Shown: positions 61,023-61,637 of the stretch, one piece after another | How the letters are laid out: each line of letters starts with the position of its first letter | Numbering within the stretch: the first letter of the stretch is position 1 | NCBI GenBank assembly: GCA_002428225.1 | Contig: DIUD01000038.1 | Coordinates: forward strand, 1 to 61,637 | Origin: Roseovarius sp. UBA6167 | Lineage (GTDB): Bacteria > Pseudomonadota > Alphaproteobacteria > Rhodobacterales > Rhodobacteraceae | DNA: 61,637 nt | Direction: 5' to 3' | Notes under the pieces: model-generated | Seen by the model: the letters and a program-made list of their open reading frames with translations, nothing else | What the model was told of the DNA's origin: nothing | The model's database searches: none | Program-made: the position numbers and the translations under genes

Positions 61023-61637
61023 TTAAAAGGCGTCCTCGAATTTCTTGGCGAGATCCTCGATATCGTCGGGCGGCCAGTCCTCGACCTCCATGCCCAGATG
61101 CAGGCCCATGCCGGAAAGCACCTCCTTGATCTCGTTGAGCGACTTGCGACCGAGGTTCGGAGTCTTGAGGAGCTCGTTCTCGGTGCGCTGGATGAGGTCG
61201 CCGATGTAGTAGATGTTCTCGGCCTTGAGGCAGTTGGCCGAACGCACCGTCAGTTCCAGGTCGTCGACCGGACGCAGCAGGATCGGATCGATCTGCGGCG
61301 AACGGCCACCGGCCGAGGTCAGACCGCTGACGACGACACCGCCGCCGACGCCGATCGCGTCGTGCATCGGCTCCGCGCCTTCGAGGGCCGCGAACACCGA
61401 CAGCTGCTCGACGAGAATGCGGGCTGCCTGGCGAACCGCCTCCTCGGGCGCGATCACGCCATTGGTCTCGACGTCGATGAGCAGCTTGTCGAGGTCGGTG
61501 CGGTTCTCGACCCGCGCGCTCTCGACCGCGTAGCTGACGCGACGCACCGGCGAGAACGACGCGTCGAGCACGATCCGCCCGATGGTCTTGCTGTCGCCGA
61601 GGTTGCGCATCGTGCCCGGCACGTAGCCGCGGCCCTT
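61023..61637 (-). CDS. rpoA: RNA polymerase alpha subunit, 3' part; appears chimeric (beta- then alphaproteobacterial)
   Basis: alpha-[15 protein letters not shown]...[12 protein letters not shown]; truncated by window edge. Confidence 0.95.
   Translation of the reverse strand, partial: KGRGYVPGTMRNLGDSKTIGRIVLDASFSPVRRVSYAVESARVENRTDLDKLLIDVETNGVIAPEEAVRQAARILVEQLSVFAALEGAEPMHDAIGVGGGVVVSGLTSAGGRSPQIDPILLRPVDDLELTVRSANCLKAENIYYIGDLIQRTENELLKTPNLGRKSLNEIKEVLSGMGLHLGMEVEDWPPDDIEDLAKKFEDAF

Overview
High-GC (~70% by eye) chromosomal segment of a Rhodobacteraceae/Roseobacteraceae (Roseovarius-like) alphaproteobacterium, made mostly of housekeeping genes (ubiG, cobS/cobT, dapE, pyrB, glmM, pyrD, accA, coaBC-dut, glnE, rpsO-pnp, lysS, rbfA-truB, recQ, ptsP-lysC, moaDE-pgsA, rarA, rplQ-rpoA) plus 6S RNA. 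I saw no tRNA, rRNA, CRISPR, transposase or integrase. Most notable observations: (1) a stand-alone three-gene DUF2793 tail-fibre module resembling the gene transfer agent (GTA) tail fibre, with a low-GC, apparently swapped C-terminal tip and two phage-type accessory genes; (2) an unannotated ~95-nt putative sRNA with a near-consensus sigma70 promoter, two GANTC sites in the promoter spacer, NrdR-like boxes and an intrinsic terminator; (3) several gene-erosion scars in intergenic gaps, the clearest being an asparaginase collapsed in-frame to a 26-aa minigene, plus PhnD-, SDR-, DMT- and Lrp-like fragments; (4) an rpoA that is betaproteobacterial for most of its visible length but switches to Rhodobacteraceae sequence in the conserved [12 protein letters not shown] stretch, most likely an assembly chimera at the window edge. 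All family assignments come from motif recognition and recall; no database searches were run.
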